A DNA stretch of 64,000 bases from Raillietiella orientalis (taxonomy: Eukaryota), in contig JAYWIR010000032.1 in assembly GCA_036172245.1 (NCBI GenBank), forward strand, positions 1,674,001 to 1,738,000. Reading direction: 5' to 3'. A program made the translations under genes and the position numbers. Below are positions 50,601 to 64,000 of this stretch, one piece after another. The notes under the pieces were generated by a model, which was not told the origin of the DNA, ran no database searches, and saw only the letters and a list, made by a program, of their open reading frames with translations. Position 1 is the first letter of the stretch. Each line of letters opens with the position of its first letter.

Positions 50601-53600
50601 GACGGCACCGGTGCTCGTCCGTCGCCTGCGAGCGAAGGACGACCGGATGCCTCACATCCGGAATGAGCTGAAAAGGGTTGCGGGACGGCCAACCCGACTT
50701 GCGTCCCGTCCCTGCCTTACGCAGGCCCTCGGAGATCCCGTTGGGAACCGTGAAACAGGCCCGTCCCATTCCCCATTTATTTATTGCCCCTACTTCCTCC
50801 TAGCCCTGCGCCCCAGCGCATTAGTGCCACAGTTGCCACCAGGTCACGCTGGGGCACTTATTAATCAATGTGCAACAGTAGTGGTGCTGGGCCGTGGTGG
50901 GGCTGCATGCCCCACCACGGCCAACCTTACAGTGGACCTGCCGGATCGACGGTGCCCAGACCGGCTGGGCTCGCTTCGGCAGTGGAGGGGGAAGAACAAA
51001 AAGAAAAAAATAAAAATAAAACAAAAGAATAAATGCAAACACTCTGGAGGGCCGGGAAGGGATCACTGCCCACTGGACGGAGCCTGCATCCTTTCCAGGA
51101 TGCCGGCTAGGCCCATCCGAATAGGTTCCAGGTGGGGCCGTCTGGACGTTATCCGCAGAAAGCGAACAGCGAAGTGGATGGTGTCCCTGTCGTTCCTCCC
51201 TTCGTTGGTTCAGCTCCACGCTGCCACGATCCCGCAGAGACAGCAAAGTGCTACCATGGCTGCGGCAGGCCGTCCCGCAAGAAGAGCAATCTTACAACTT
51301 CCTTGGGGTCGCCTCCGGAGGTTCCTGGGGTCACGGTAAAACGTTCCCTGGAAGGCCGGAGGGCAACACAGTCGACTAACAGGCGCGGGAGAGCTTTCCG
51401 CTCGCTACGTCTGTCACAGCTGAGGTTCATACCTCCCCCCGTGTCCACTGATGTCTGCGGGCATCTCGCGGGAGGCCTTAGTGCAGCAGCAGCATCAACG
51501 CCGGCTCCCACCACTTTAAGGGGAGGGTGTGGGTGTTCCGTGGCCACTGTAAATCTTTCACCGGAATTCCCCGTAGCTCGCCCCAGCGTAAAAGTCCACG
51601 AGGCGGTACTGTTGGGGTCGCATCTCCCGTCGTCCACTCGCCCAGTCCTTTTCTTCTTTCGGAGATACCATAACGTCCCCATCTAGCCACAAGGCTGCAG
51701 CCCATGTGATCCCTGGATGGAAGGCAGCGCTGTGGAGAGAGCAGTGCCTCAGGGTGAGAACCGAGCATTCGATTTCCCTGCTTGTGCTCGTCTTTATTTA
51801 TTCTTAAATCCATGGTACGCAAAGGTGGCCTCTGGGAATCAGCTGCGACCAAACGTATGCAACAGCTGACGATCGTCCACCCGGGTCTGGGGATGCAAGA
51901 GGGGCCTCTGATTAGCTGACCGGCTGCCTATCGATGTCCGCCATAGCGAGGTTGGAGTGGGGGGGGGGAAGGGGAGGGGGAACGAGAAGACACGGAGGAT
52001 ATGAAGTGTCGTGATGGAAGAGGGGAGGGAAGTCTGCGATTCGCTCGCGGCCTTCGCGCCGTCTCTCCGTCTCTCCGACTTCGGATCGCCTTATCCTCGA
52101 CTCCGTTCTCCAGGAACCGGATGGGGGGTCCCCTTCAACCTTCGGCTGAAAACCCCGTGCGACCTCTCCTCCCCTGCGTCTCCGCTACCATCGCGTGTCC
52201 GGATGAAGGTTGTCGCTTCGCTTGGACGCAGGCGAGCTGGCAGCGGGACTCAGGCGCGCAGGGTCAGCACAACGGAAGGAGGGAGAAAAAAGAGACCACG
52301 ATTCTCGCAAGTGGTTTGCTGGGGGCAGCGCCTGCGCGGGCTGCCGCCGCTGGCAAGTGGCGCCCTCAGAGAGGTGGCCACGGGCTGCTCTCCTCTCCCT
52401 TGCAAGGCTGTGGCTTCCTTCACGAGCAAGGGATGCAGCAGCTAGTCTGGCTCCGCGCCACGACCTCTTGGAGAGAGTGTCCCTCCTTCCTGTGGGAAGG
52501 ACCCTCAGGGAACCTTCGTGACTCGCTTTTTCCTTCCGCCCAATGTGGGTCCCCCCTCCCTCCCCCCCGTCTCCTCTTTCCTCCTTTAGCTCATGCGCGT
52601 CCGCCCGGGCGAGTTTGGTGCCCTGCAGACTCGCACCGAACCAGGAGGCGAGCACGTGCCTTTTCCGGAAGGCGACGGCGTGGGTGAGGGAGGGTACGAT
52701 CCACCTATGATGGCGTTTCTTCCCGGGAGCGAAAGGGGAAGGGGAAGCATTCTGGAGCGTCTCCTAGGCGCTTCTTACTTTTCAGCGTGTTCTCCTGGAG
52801 ATGACAAGAGCCCTTGGAGCTCGCGTCCCAGAGTTGGGAGAGAACCCGACAGACGCTGACCCCTTTCCTGGTGCGTGCCTTTTCCCTTTCCGTCCCCCTG
52901 TTCCTCGTTCTCGCAGTAGGTCGCTCCCTGCCACTCCTGCAGCCCTCACCTGCGTCGTGATGGGTGTCCCTCCGGAACGCCAAGCCTCGGAGCGAAGGCA
53001 GGCAGGCAGATATTTTCGCCCTCCCGGGCTGACCACGCCCTCTCGCCCGCGTGATCCTCGCAGACTCCGCCTAGGTCCGCTCTCGTGTTTCCTCCGCCTG
53101 AGGCTGCTCCCTCTTTTCGTCGGGACGGACCCTGCACGGCGCCTTCCAGGCCCCGCGCGCGGTCTGCCCGCTATTCGCGCGCGCGGAGGGAAACGCACGC
53201 AAAGTTCGGAGGCTACGATGGTCACGCGCCTTCCACCCTTCCCCCTCGCCCTTTTGCTTGCTGACTGTAGGGAGGAGGGACGCCGCCTTCTGGAAAATCA
53301 GTCGATCCACCCGTCTCCAGGGTAACGATGGCGGGTCTCGTGAGGTCTCCCAGGGTGGTGCTGCCTGTCACCAGCGTGCCGGAGAGCAAGACTCGCTCCG
53401 GACAGGGGAGACAGGAGTACCCGCGCTCAGGAGGCGGGATGGCAAGCCGCAAGGGAGGACGGAGAGTCGTCGTTCGGTGCGGTCATCGGCCGTGAGCTCC
53501 ACTCTGGAGCAGCTGCTGCCGCCGCCGCTCCCCAAATCCTCCCTCGCAAGTCGCGGAACCATTCGTTTTGTCCAGGGAGGTGTCTTCGGGCAGCGTCTCC

Positions 53601-56600
53601 AGGGTTCTGGCCGAAGAGACGTGCCTGCGCGCGCACCTTCGAAATCCAGTTGTTTGATTGGTCCTTGAAGGGCGGCCACGCGCCTGCAATTCCGCATTCC
53701 TCTCCAAGCTTAGCTGGCTGAAAAGACAAAAAAAAAAAGAAAGGAAAAGAAAGAAAAGAGAGAGGAGGAGAGAGAGAGGAGCGGAAATAAAATGGCCAAG
53801 CTCGATTTGCGTAGTTCCCGGTCGGTTTCGATCCGCGGTGACCTTGAACATCCTCAGCGTCGTTACAGTTATTATGGCTATCCTCATTACCATCCTCTCT
53901 ACACCTATTAATGCGACTTTCCAGAAAAAGAATCGTTTCCGAAGGAGAGTCGTGATCGGGCGAGGGAGGCGCTGGCGTTTCGTGACCGCAGTGCCTCGAT
54001 TTCGCCCCTCCGGACGCGTGTGCCTCGTCTGGAAAGAGCTTCCCCCCCTGGCCAGGGAGAAGGGACGCCCGCTGCTGGAGGCCAGGGAGGCACAAGGAGG
54101 GGTTCCACGCTGGGGTTGCCGGGTTCAGGCCGATTGCCCTTTCGCTCCGCTTCGGGAGCGTTCCGGAGAGTTTTCTCTTTCGCCCCAGGAGATTTCTTTC
54201 GGAAGGACGACTGCTGCTCGGGTGGGGGGGGGGGGGGGGAAGCGTGTGCGCACTGCTCCACCACGACCGATTTTCACACGGCTCCTCCATATTTCATGGC
54301 TCCCTTCAACTCGGCTTCCCTGGAAACCGAGCCTCCGCTTCCGCCACTTCCCGCTAGGTGGACGCACCTAGCGGGAATCGGCGGAAGCGCGTCGGATTGC
54401 CCTCTCGCGTGCGGGCGCACCTCCGCGGACCCCATAAGGAAGGCTGGTCTTCCGAAGCAGGCCGCGGGCTAGCAGACGAGGAGAAGCGGGCGGAGGAAGG
54501 GCTTCTCGTGGACGGGTCCCTCTCACCCTCGTGGCGCGAGTTCCGTTTACCGACCTCAACCCTGGCGGTGCTTCTGGTGGCCGTGAGCGACGCTCGGTCT
54601 CCCATGAGGGGGTGCGAAAGCAACGGCCTCAGAGCTGCCTGAAGGCGCTGAGGAGGCGCTGGCGCGGGCGCCATGGTGTCTCGCTCGCTCAGCCCACGCA
54701 GGTCAACATCGCGCAGCTGCTTCTCCTGCACGAACTGCTCGAAGCTAGCGGGCAGCAACCGCGAGACCTGCGAGGGAGCTCTTCCGGGATGACGTGGACG
54801 CTGGCGTACTTAAAGCTGCCCACGCTCGCCCTCCCAAACTCCGCTGGAAGATGAGTCTCCACCAGCACGTCGACGATGCCGGCACGCGGGAAGAACAACT
54901 CGTTGCATCTGTATGGCCCCGGTACGCAGCCCACCGGGGCGATGGCGAGGCGAACCCACTGCCAGCCTTCCCGGGTCCCTCAGCGGGAAGCACCCTGGCC
55001 ACCTCTTCCTTGTCCGGCGGCCTCCGAGAGTCTTGCCCCTGGACTGGTTTGGTTATCAGAGCGCGGCACTGGTGAAGATGGCCTACACTTACGTCATCAC
55101 GTGCAAGAAGGAAGCGCAACGTACGCACCGGTGCACGCGACACACACACACACAAAACAGTACGGGATAAGATAATACGCATGATTCCCGGATGCCCCTC
55201 GGCGAAATTCACGCGCATCCCCTCATCCAGACCCATGTGAATGCACTTTTTCATGTGCACCTTTAGTGCACTTGTTGCCTCTTTCAGGCACGCACTCCCA
55301 AGCGAGGGCGCATCCCCCAGCATCTGCGAATACCTGGCGGCCGGCAGCGGGGAGACCCCTTCGTGTGTAGTGTACATGTGTTTGCACTTGAGCGGTGACC
55401 TGTAGAGGTGCGCGCGCGCCTTCCGAGTTTGGATTTTCTTTTTCTCTCTCCTTCATACCTTGAAGACGAGAGCCACTAGTGGGTTGGAAGTGCGCCACTG
55501 AGGGCCGAGACGGCAGAGGCAGCGCAGAAGTCTCCGATCGGCGACTCGGGACGCCATCAGCGTTCCCGCCCGCGACTGTTCCTTGCTTTCTGTCCTCACC
55601 GAGGCGGTTCTTCCTGGAGGTCGAGGTAATGCTCGAAAAGGGGATCTGTCGCGGGCGCCCAGCCCCTTGAAACCCCCTTCCACGCCTCGGAGAAGATTCC
55701 CAAGAGTTGCAGGATCTTTTCCTCCTGCATCCCGAACTGTCTTCCGTCTCCCCGGATGGGGAGCGAAGACGGCGAATCCCGTTCCGGCAGCTCTGCCTGT
55801 CCTTTCCTGCGATCGCGCGTTTCCCGGCGAATAGAACGGATCTCGCGTTCATCCCGCCTGCTTCACGTCTTGAAGCGGCCCGAGAGACCAGAAGGACACC
55901 GCGATGCCGCCTCTCTTGCCTGCGTCCTCCTCTCTGCCGATGCTCCTTCCGTAGAGCATCCTCAAGGAGGACCGCATGCCGCCATCAAGGTTTATCCTAA
56001 AGATGCGGGATTGAAAACAGAGCGACCGCGAGCCAGGAGTAGTGACATTGGGCAAGGCATCCCCTTCCTCCCTATTCTTCCGCATCCTTTGCCGTCGGTG
56101 ACCGGTGTTAAAGGATGGAGGCGTTCCTTGAACAGGAAGGACGTTTCGAGGATGTGTCCAGAGAACGTCCTTGAATGGCAGGACGTTTTTTCCCGCTCCG
56201 CAGATCGTCCCTAACAAGCTGATTCGCGCGCGCACGCCTCCAGAAACTTCCAGCTTCCGCCCTTTTCCAGGGACTTCCGTTTTCCAGGCGGAACGGGCGC
56301 TGAGATTCCCGAAAGCGAAAGGGAAAGTGTGCGGCCTTCCTGCACGCTGCCGCTGAGCACCCGAGCGGGGCAGCAAGTGCCCGGCACCGTGACGCACTTC
56401 CCGTTTCTGAGGACGGGATCGGAACGAGGTGGCGCTACACGGATGTTCACGCCGAGAAGTTCCGCTTGAGGGCGGAACGCAACCTTTACAGGATGTTGGC
56501 AAGCCAACATCCTATAAAGGATGCAGGGGAGCTCAGGGATTCATCGGTGGCTGTCATTCTGCTGTACCTCCCCCCCTCCCCAATCTTTTTGTTTGTTTGC

Positions 56601-56699
56601 TTGGTTCGCCAAGTGCTAAAGGACTGTTCTATCCCTTACGGGTGGCTCGCGAAGCTTTTCAGCAGGCTGTCCACCCGAGGGTGCGTGGAAATCGTCAGG

Positions 56700-57330
56700 T
56701 TGGGGAACGATTCCACTACGAGGTAGGGGCCACCCGACGAATCCAGGAAGGATCCAGGGGAAGGAGTCTGTTCCTCTTGCTCTTCGTAGGGAAGCCCGAA
56801 GGGAACCCCTTCCTTATTCTCTCCGGAGGAACCCTCAGGAAGAGATCTGCCCCTGGTTTCCTCCCCTGGGGAGAACCCCGAAGGGACGCTTCCCGATTTC
56901 TCCGAGGGTTGCTCCCCGAAGGGAGCAGCGTGCTTCTTGACACTGGAGAGGTGTCGATCCGCCAGCTCCATGGTATGCGACGGTGGATCCCTTCCCGAAG
57001 CGAATCCCGAAGGGGACCGAGCCAGTTCTTGATTCCTGCAAAAATCCGGGGGTCAACCTTCCAGTCTTTTTTTTTCTTTTTCAGGTTTTCGTTTTTTTTG
57101 GTGCTCAGGAAAACGACCGCTTCACCACGAAGATATTTGACGCTGTCCACGCCACCTGAAAGTGCGTGGAACTCTTCAAATTACAGGGGATATCCCCGGA
57201 GAGGACCGAGCTCTCGATCAGTCCAGGAAGGTTACGGAAAAGGGAGTCTGTTGCCCTCACGCTTGGGAGCGAATCCCGAAGGGAGCCACATCTTCCTTAT
57301 TCTCTCCGGAGGAGGGGTATCAACCGGCTC
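56700..57330 (-). mobile_element. Two partial, diverged SINE copies in tandem
   Basis: Inverted homology to 58580-58898 and 21000-21323. The SINE end TTTGACGCTG is at 57136. TCCTTATTCTCTCCGGAGGA occurs at both ~56811 and ~57294. Confidence 0.6.
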
Positions 57331-58323
57331 CAAGGAGCGCGACCCTTGGGGGTGTCTGCAAGATGGAGCAGACACCTAGACGGAAAGGAGAGGCGCTCGC
57401 ACTCGTCTGGCGATGGCGCCACTGATTGTACTGGAGGGAGAGCAAAGTCCCCGGTGCTGGGAGGAGGGGAAGCTGTCGGAGCTGTCCAAAACAAAAGGAA
57501 GTTCAAAGTCTGGAGTTTCCAAATGTCCCTCCCGGTGGGGCAGCGCTCGTGCTCGGACAGTGGCTGCTGCCACGGTGGCCGTCCGCCCGCTGCCGAGAGT
57601 TCCGCCGCTCCTGCCGCGAGACTCGAGGTCTCCTTCTCAGCCGATGGTGGCCATCATCCCTCCCTCGAGGGAAGGGGAGTTCTTCCTTGCGCGCCTTCCA
57701 AAGCGGACTGGAAGGCGCCCAGGAACGCGCTTGTGCTGGCTCCAGAGACACCGGACCGGGTCGCGCGGGCTGTCCGATAGTGGCGCTCCCGAGGTTCGCG
57801 GAGGGCGCGAAGCTGACGTTACTGCAACGGTGGTCCAGAGTTCAAGATAGAGGTTCGAGAACGCGTCCCTTGAGGGAGTCTTCGGGGTTGGAAACAGAAC
57901 GAACGCAAGCCAAGAGTAGTGCCGGTGGGGAGGGAGTTCTTCTGCCTCATCCCCCTGGAGCGCTGGAGCCCACGACCTACCTCTCCGTGTCCGCAAATTT
58001 CTGGACGAGTTCGTGGTCGATGAGCGGGAGGGAGGCCCTGCTGGCCGACGGCGTCGGGAAGGAAGGGTTCGGATTCGACGGAAGCCACCTCAAGGCGGAG
58101 GATTTTTCTGGTGGACTACGCGGTTTCTTTGGTAGCAACCTTCCTCAGAGAGGGATTAGGCTGCGCCGCATGGAAAATTTCCCGGTCGCTGCCCCTGCAC
58201 GAGAAGGCGTGGGTGCCGCACCGAACGCATCAGGAGCGTGGAGTGCGGACGATGGATCTTCCATCGTCTGTACTTCCATTGCGCAAAGTGCGGCCAGAAG
58301 ATAGAGATAAAAGGAAGAGAACA

Positions 58324-58898
58324 AGGATACACGTGCGGCTGCGCTCTCTGCTGCGCGGAGCCAAGCGTCACGGGTTCGAATCCCCCCCTGGGAAGGATCG
58401 ATGTCGAGAAATGGGCGCCTTGAACCCCCAGGATGATGTTGGCTGGCCTATCCGGGTGCAGCACTGGTGTGAGTCGGAAACCCCGGATGTCCCCGTTGGC
58501 CGTCCAGGATCGAAAGTTATACCCTCTGGGGTTTTTCCAGGAATCAAGGAAACAGTTCCCTCCGGCATTCTCCACGGGAAGAGACCCTCTATCGCGTACC
58601 GTGGAACCGTTTGATATCCCCCCTATTCAGAGGGAAAAGAAGCGCGCTGTTCCCTTCTACGAGCGACCCTTCAGGGAAACTGGGAAGCGTCCCTTCAGGG
58701 TTCTCTTCAGAGGAGGAAACAGGGATTGATTCCCTTGCTGGGGTCCCTCCGGTGAGAATAAGGAACAGGTTGTTTTCGGGGTTCCCTCCCCCGTGTAAGA
58801 GAGGAACCTTCCTGGATTCATGGGATGGTCTCTCAGGGGTCACCTCCTACAAATTGAAGAATCAACACGCACCCTCGGGTGGCGTAGACAGTGTCAAA
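58324..58898 (+). mobile_element. tRNA-derived SINE copy (diverged subfamily) inserted in a LINE
   Basis: Starts AGGAT, B-box GGTTCGAATCC at 58373, shares GAATCAAGG and TTGAAGA..CACG blocks, ends CAGTGTCAAA. Confidence 0.7.
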
Positions 58899-59399
58899 GA
58901 TACCCCCAAGGAGCTGCTGCGTCTGGCGGTCCGGTAGACCAACCGGGCATGGAGTCAGGGGCATTGCGGCTTCCCAGAACACGCAGGAGGAGCGCCTGAG
59001 GGTGTGGAAGGCCAGGCGTCTGGCCTTCTCGGTGAAGAGGGCCTCGGCGAGACGGTCCGACGTGAAACGACGAGCGAAGAAGGACTCCGCCCGCAGGCTG
59101 GAGGAGACGAGACGGATGTAACCCGTGACCTCTTCTCCTATTTCATTTAATTCTTTCTTTATTCCTCTGACTTTGACTCGCCTGCTTCTTCTTCTGGACC
59201 ACGTGCGGGTCGGTGATCCATTCCCCTTTTCTTGAACCCGAAAGGCCTGGTAGGACTGATGTGCCACTTTATTTGTTTATTTGTTCCTGGAAACGAAGCA
59301 GCCGGGCGTCACCCGGGCGGTAACAATGGCGCCAGCGTGCGTCGCGCGCGAGATCCCCCGAGGCGATGGCAATATCTCCGGTGCAGCCACACTTCGGGG

Positions 59400-60650
59400 A
59401 GGAGGGGGGGGGGAAGCAAGGCACTGCGCTACACTACCGCGACGATCCCTACATCATGCACTTCCACATTTCCTGGCAGGGAGTGCTGAGTACGGTCATT
59501 GCAGGAGGTGATCCCCGCCTAGTCCAAGACCGCTCAGGCTTTCCCATGATCACCGCGTATCCACTCTCCAGCTGGCTGGAGCAGTGCTGTTCCGAGTGTT
59601 CCCCCAGGGGGCGGTAGCAGCTGGGAATCTGCCGCCGCCCGTGTTGCGGCTTCGAGGCAGCCAACTCCCGCTTTTCCCTGAAGATGCTCTTTACTCCAGA
59701 CTGGTGGTTCGTCACGCCTCCTCGAAGCGGCAGCGCAATGGCTGGGCGCGGTCGAGGAATTCGTCCCATACTGCATCCGTCTTGCACATGTGGTCCGCAT
59801 CGTCCCAGCAGAGCGCTGAGCTCGCGCAGGCAGTAGCTGCTGCCCTCCGGCCACTCCAGGTGTCCACCCGAGAGGGCCATTCCGCCGAGCGGATTCTCTT
59901 GGTGTTCTCCTCTCTCTCTCCCCCCCCACCCTTTACCATCTTCCGCTTCCTCAAATCGTGGTGCCAAGGCGCCTGATCAAGGGGAGGAGATGAAGAGGCC
60001 AGAGTGGCCGCGGACGTGGCGGGGATTGCCTCCGGCACTGACTGCGCACAGCATGCTTTGCAAGGAAAAAGTATGAACAAAATGCAGTCCCCTGAAAGGG
60101 CTAGGCATGTCGCACCGCATGATTCCGGGTGAGTCGGCGATGGCCTAGCGGCAAGGCTTTCCAACTGGCTGTTCTTCCGACAGGCAGGAGATGAGGTCAT
60201 GCGGTCTGCATGGATTCGTAGTCTGCGAGGTGTAGATGAGCCCCGCTGGCAAGAAAATGCCTCGTGAAACCCAACCCGTTGGTACATGCCCTGATCAAGG
60301 TGTTCGTCACCTTAGGGAAGCCCTTTTGAGATGGGTGTTGGCAAGTCTGGGCTTCGAACAAAAGGTGCTCCCCCCGTGCTTATCGAAGCGGTCATTTTCT
60401 TTCCTTCTTCTGTCTTTGCTTTTCATAGAAAAGCGTCTGAGCAGACTCTCTCTCTCCGGGTGTTTTTTTAAAGAATCTTTGCGAAAGATACTTCCAGGAA
60501 CATTTTTTGCAGACGATCGCGATGCAGCAGGGGTGGTCGCACCGGAATCACTTTCGACCTCAGCTGATCTTGCCAGTAGTGAAGGACTTTTATCGTTGCG
60601 AACTACCGGTGCAGGATGCGGAGATTCGACTTCTCCTTGAGGCAATTCTC
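59400..60650 (-). mobile_element. LINE ORF2 linker plus RT fragment
   Basis: TPISK..., SALCWDD (~AYADD), RFEEA...KS. Confidence 0.55.
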
Positions 60651-60659
60651 CTCTTTTCT

Positions 60660-61735
60660 GGAAACCCGTCCGCGGATCTCCTGCCGCCCAATGAACTTCA
60701 GTGCCTGGCAGCAGGAGGCGGTTGTGCCCTGGTCTGTGTCCCAAAGAATGCGCCCCGAATAAGTTGAGGACCCTGGCCGCCACACCCTTCGCCGCGGCGC
60801 TGTTTGCCCTCGGAGCAAGAGACGAAAGTAGCCTACCGGAGGATGGGAGTTCATAGCAGGGAAAGACGACACTCCTGCACCTGGGAGACGCGCGAGCTGG
60901 CGGATGCCGCCACCCAGCGAACTCAGGCGAAGGGACTCTTTCGATGGTCCGGACTGTAGGTGTCGTCCCCTGAAGAACTCGCGGTCCCTCCCTCCCCAGT
61001 GCCTGGACACTTCCGTGTTCCCTGTGACGTGGAAGCAGGTTGTGCTGCTCTTTCTACATCGAGGGCTCCAGTGCAATCGGCACTCGGCCTCGTCTCTGAG
61101 AAGTTGCATCTCCGAACTGTGTGCTCGGTGCGGGGGGTCGCTGGAGTCAATCCCTCTGCACTGCCTTTGGACTGCGATGCTTCTCCAGGAATTGTGGCGG
61201 AGGAGGCTGGCATCAGCGCTCCTGCGCTAGGAGGACACGGCCAGTGACCTGCTGAGGCGGTTCTTCGTGCCCGACAAACTCTTGACCGGCGCAGTGATCG
61301 CGAGACGGGACGTCGCGTCCGCGTCATCGTCGCGGGCCCGCCATGCAGAGAAGGGAGGAGGTCATCGCGATGGCAGCCGCCTGCATGAGAACGGTTGCAA
61401 GGTGGCGTGACCTGGAAGAAGAAGCCGAGAAGGAGATCGGCAGCATCCAGCACCGGCTCTGAAAGGAAAGAATGGCCGTCACCGGCAACCCGTGTCCCCA
61501 CCCTCACGTTCTTCATTTTGTTGTTCCCCTTTCCTCTCGTTCGCTCCGGATTTTTCCCGGTTCTTCTTCTTTTCTCAAGAGGGTGCGACACCAGAGATGC
61601 TTGCCCCATTCCTCCTGTATTTCTATGTTAATTTGTTGTCCCCTCCCTTCTGTTTTTCATTTTCCGATGTCTCGGTCTATGTCCCAGGTGGTTTCTTTTG
61701 GGTAAATAAATGCCCCGGCTTGACCGGGTGAAAAC
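60660..61735 (+). mobile_element. L1/Tx1-like LINE 3' portion
   Basis: DLLPPNELQCL, VFPVTWKQVVLLFLHRGLQC, LCARCGGSLESI knuckle, terminus AATAAATGCCCCGGCTTGACCGGGTGAAAAC. Confidence 0.85.
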
Positions 61736-63194
61736 TCTCAACTGAAGATCGCGGGGCTCTGCCGAGATGGCGAAAGAGGAAGACGAAGTGAGAGCCGCCC
61801 GCTTCGCAGAGCGTGTGGGGCCATAAGGGATGCCAAGACGGCGGGTCAGCTTCCACCCCGACTGGCGCCCGCTCCAACGGGTTCCTCTCAGTGGGTCGAA
61901 CACCCTCCTGCTCTTTCGTCAGTCGGCCGGATTCTCTTTGGCTTGCGTCTCCTGGCACTTCCAGGCGCCTCCGGTCGGTTTCGAAAGCGTGCGTTCCGTG
62001 AGTTTTCGTCATCTCGGTAGAGCACCTGCGTCACCTCGCGGGGAAGCTGCGCCGCTTCGCTCGAGCGTCGCGTCTAACCCCATTCCGGGACCTGCGGGAG
62101 GGGGACTAGGGTCCGGGTCATTTGCATAATGGAACGGCGCGGTCAATCTCGATCCCTTCTTCGTGTCAAGGCGAGCAGCCTGCTTCCGATTCCACGTACG
62201 AAAGTGATCCGCTCGCCATCTTCTGCGAAACCGCTTCTCGCTTTCACTTTGCCCGTGGAACTGAAAGCCGGCGACGGGGCCAATCGGGTGTCTCCCGTTC
62301 TCCGGGGTATGAAACAGCCTGCCGCCTTTCTCGCTGCACCAAACACAGCGCCTGGGGGATGGGGGAGGGGGAGGGGGGAATTTGAAAAAAAAAAAAAAAA
62401 AAAAAAAGTGAAAAGAAAGAAAGACAGAGTGGATGGGAGAAGCAGATCGAGGACTGGAGCGCAAGGCAACCTGATTCGGCCCAGCTGCGCAAAACGGCCT
62501 TCGGGAAATTCGGATTTCATAATTTGCAAGGGAGAGAAAAGGAAAGTCACGAAATAATCGCAGGAGCAGCAGAAAAGGCCCTGAAGGAAGCGCTTCCAAG
62601 AGAAATCCGACCGGGTGGTGGTGCAGCAGCAAAGGTTCCCGGAGATGCCGCCGGCAGGGCTTTCCGGAAGCGTCCGTCCCCCTCCCCCGTTTTCTCTACG
62701 GCGGCGCCGGGCCGCTGAGCGCGCACTCGAAGCTCGGGAAGGTGTGTGTGGGCGCGCGCGCAACCCTCCCCCCCCCTTCCCTTCGACGATGCGCGCGAAG
62801 TGCTTCCGGCAGTCCGGCGCGAAAACGATTGTCTGCGACAACCGGAAGCGGAGTTTCCGCCGGGAGAGATCCGCTCGAAGAAGTGTGTAATTGCTGCGTC
62901 GACTCCCTTCCGAAAGAGTGGACGGATGAAACGAGGAGGCCTCGCACCGATCGGAGGGAGTTTTTGCCCACGAAGCTGTGCCCCACCAGTGGCCTTGCAC
63001 CCGACCACGTGCTTCGCGACGAATGCCGAAGAGATGTGAACGGCGATAGACATCTCGTCGGCCGCCGAGTCGCGTGCGCCGCGCCTTCCTGGAAGGACCG
63101 CTGCCTTCCAGCGGGCGCTGCACCGCCCCTCGCCGCCGCGCAGCCGGCGTAGGATGACTGGATTTGGCCACCCCGAGTCGTCATTTCTGGTAGC

Positions 63195-64000
63195 TCACCC
63201 GTGGATCTCCTGCCGTCCGAAGAACTGACATGTCTGGAGGCAGGAATCCTGGATTGCTACTCTGGGTGTGGTCCAGAGCAATTCTTGGCGGCCAGAAGAC
63301 GTCCGAGTTGGCGGATGCCGCTCGGCGTGCGCAGGCGTAGGGGCTCCTTCGATGCTCCGAACTGTCAGGTGTCTCCTCCTAAAGAACTTGTGGTCCCTCC
63401 TCCAGGGTTCTTCGCTGACCTCTGGAGGTATCCCGCAGGACTGGACGCAGTGGTCCCGAATAGCCGTCTCGCCCTTTGCCGCAGCACTGTCTGCCCTCAG
63501 GGCAAACGGTGACAGCAGCCAACGGCAGGGTGGGAGTTCTCCTGCATCACTGCAGGAGTCGAGAAACTCCTCGATGGCTGCAAGACGGACTCGTGGGCGG
63601 ACGCCGCCACGCCTCGTTTCCGGGTGAAGGGACTCGTTCGGTGCAGGAGCCAGCTCAGTAGCCCCCCTCGAAGAACTCGTGGTCCCTCTCCTGTGTGGTA
63701 TCTGCACGGTGGAAACGGGATTCCCTGCTGTTTCTGCCATAGGGACTCCAGTGCATTCAGCGCAGGCGCCTGTTTTCGGGGGGAGCTGCATCCCCAAACT
63801 GTTCCAGGCATCTGCTATTCGACTGGCGAGGTCCCCAGGAACTGTGACAGAGGCTGTTGTCAGCGCTGCTGCATCCGGAAGACGCCAGCAAGGACTTGCC
63901 GCAGAGATCCTTCGCACGTGGTGGTCAGCAGACGGACCCCGTGGCTGCCAGCCATGTGCTGGAGTTTCGGGAGCAGCGGCGGGTGGCCACAAGCTTGGAA
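63195..64000 (+). mobile_element. L1/Tx1-like LINE ORF2 C-terminal fragment, running off the window
   Basis: DLLPSEELTCL and GGGACTCCAGTGCA / GCATCCCCAAACTG blocks homologous to 6424-6950. Confidence 0.75.

Larger units (their letters stand above)
52000..59324 (+). mobile_element. Near full-length, heavily degraded L1/Tx1-like LINE (ORF1 knuckles ~52330-52460, APE ~53790-54620, RT ~56280-58300, 3' end 59324) with nested SINEs
   Basis: In order: CAGC..GH..PCK/GCGFLH; VTLN, GRVCLVWK, KGRPLL, PFAP; KGKVCG, LAKLFSRL, GRAGCPIVAL (~GVRQGCPLS); PKELLR; terminal CCGGG-CGTCA-CCCGG hairpin. Confidence 0.6.

Noticed and set aside
58324..58400. GGTTCGAATCC sites as genuine tRNA genes
   Set aside because: No convincing cloverleaf or acceptor stem; each is followed by the SINE body.

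Overview
Eukaryotic (invertebrate, probably arthropod; inferred only) GC- and CpG-rich genomic window. It holds one clear host gene, a spliced GT31-family beta-1,3-galactosyltransferase-like gene on the + strand. Its signal-anchor exon (38839-38950) was missed by the ORF track; the catalytic exon is about 40323-41386. Most of the rest is heavily decayed, nested transposable elements, recognised by eye from frameshifted motif remnants: many copies of an APE-type L1/Tx1-like LINE family, one probable REL-type (NeSL/R2-like) retroelement, a ~0.6 kb tRNA-derived SINE family (at least 5 copies), a Gypsy pol fragment, and probable Academ, hAT, THAP/Kolobok-like and Sola-like DNA transposase remnants. 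The most interesting structures are: a LINE copy with a 5' inversion plus ~95-bp duplication (twin-priming geometry, possibly repeated at two more loci); a conserved 3'-terminal stem-loop ending seven LINE copies; a perfect 89-bp inverted duplication; and two SINE copies with near-identical bodies but divergent heads. I found no evidence for a new multi-gene system. TE boundaries are approximate and the superfamily calls need HMM or library searches.
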